Shown: positions 9,082-9,888 of the stretch, piece after piece | Layout: each line of letters opens with the position of its first letter | Numbering within the stretch: position 1 is the first letter of the stretch | Notes under the pieces: generated by a model | Seen by the model: only the letters and a program-made list of their open reading frames with translations | The model's database searches: none | What the model was told of the DNA's origin: nothing | NCBI RefSeq assembly: GCF_006345805.1 | Contig: NW_021827798.1 | Location: forward strand, 1-9,888 | Direction: 5' to 3' | Source of the DNA: Octopus sinensis | Taxonomy: Eukaryota | Length of the DNA stretch: 9,888 bases | Made by a program: the position numbers and the translations under genes

Positions 9082-9083
<2 letters not shown>
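8881..9083 (+). mobile_element. 3' terminal fragment of an RTE-clade LINE
   Basis: RWTHAVVEWYPRERKRPPGRPPRRWSYDF...WMRKARSREEW matches the RTE ORF C-terminal consensus (W.P...KR..GRP..RW.D...W...A..R..W); stop at 9062, very short 3' UTR, then (TA)n. Confidence 0.85.
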
Positions 9084-9119
<36 letters not shown>

Positions 9120-9123
9120 TATA
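9084..9123. repeat. (TA)n microsatellite
   Basis: Seen directly. Confidence 0.95.
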
Positions 9124-9176
9124 ACTTTATAAAGAATAAAAAGTTTTTGAATGGTACAACCGATTATAGCAGCGAT

Positions 9177-9235
9177 TCCATCTGAGAATATCCGAAGAAG
9201 GAATATTATTCCGAAATATCATATCAGACTATGGA
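9177..9235 (+). ncRNA. Type I minimal hammerhead motif, core variant CCGAAGA (HHR-6)
   Basis: Helix I tcca/tgga, tctg/caga, atat/atat with bulges; CCGAAGA 9192-9198 plus an extra A; helix II ggaat-att-attcc 9200-9212; GAAA 9213-9216; palindromic ATAT then C9220 (AUC site). Confidence 0.65.
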
Positions 9236-9387
9236 TGACTAGATTACATCAGGTAATTGGCTCATTGTTTGTATTATAGTGCATTGTTGTACCATTCAAA
9301 ATTTATTATTCTTTACAAACAATGCACAATGCTTCAAGCGAACTACAATACTCTCCTATATAACTTTATATATTATATACACTTTTG

Positions 9388-9418
<31 letters not shown>

Positions 9419-9888
9419 GGCAGTTTGTCTGTCTGTGTGTCTGTGTGTCTGTCAGGTTGTACCCTCACCCTGACCACGGATTTCAACCGATTCTGATGAA
9501 ACTTGACACACACATAGCCCAATGTCATAATTCAAAACTAACGCAGCGAAAATTTTGAAAAGTTCCCCCAGTTCTGAAAAAAATCGATAAATTTGACATG
9601 GGGTCGAGAATCTAAGCTTTATATATGCAACACATTTTCTGTTGTAGTTTTCGCAACTTGCAATCGATTTTCACTAAACTCATGGTGAAGCTTAATGTTA
9701 CCCTAAGAACTTTAATTCTGACGTTAGTTTTCCATGCAATACCTTACCATCAGAAAAAAATCGATAAAATCATGCCATTTTGGGAAATCGCGTTCGAATT
9801 CAAGATGACATGTTTTCAACAATATCTTTCACAAATTGGCAGGAATTTTTTTTTAATGCACAGCGAGCCATATAGCTCTTTTTGCAAT
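9388..9888 (+). mobile_element. Probable 5' part of a non-autonomous Helitron-like element (runs off the window), starting within (TA)n
   Basis: The layout tatatataaa, short spacer, (TGTC/TG)n microsatellite, ...caaccgattctgatgaaacttg resembles invertebrate non-autonomous Helitron 5' ends; there is an internal 16-bp direct repeat. The 3' hairpin/CTAG end is not visible. Confidence 0.5.

Noticed and set aside
9493-9502. ctgatgaaac as another hammerhead core
   Set aside because: There is no helix II between the boxes and no flanking helix I; it is part of the Helitron-like 5' motif.
1-9888. CRISPR array or prokaryotic operon interpretation of the repeat/spacer pattern
   Set aside because: The repeats are simple (TA)n of variable length, the spacers are eukaryotic TE fragments, and there are no cas-like or other bacterial genes.

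Overview
Eukaryotic, AT-rich, non-genic window made almost entirely of microsatellites and transposable-element remnants; the repeat content is reminiscent of an octopus/cephalopod genome (inference from recall, not verified). Bases 1-1000 are trinucleotide-repeat arrays. From ~1350 on, the window is a string of 'beads' separated by (TA)n tracts: a 5'-truncated, frameshifted CR1-group LINE (minus strand, ~2633-6318; ORF1 with a CCCH finger, ORF2 APE+RT), a full-length decayed mariner (7526-8784), a 3' RTE-LINE fragment with an inverted 5' piece (8843-9083), and a probable Helitron-like non-autonomous element (from ~9400). The most notable signal is that all five remaining non-coding beads contain a type I minimal hammerhead-ribozyme-like fold (core CUGANGA or a variant, helix II, GAAA, vestigial helix III, helix I). 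There are six motifs in total, two of them forming an outward-facing inverted pair, as expected for Penelope-like pseudo-LTRs or retrozyme-like non-autonomous elements. All folds were paired by eye. No intact host gene is supported.
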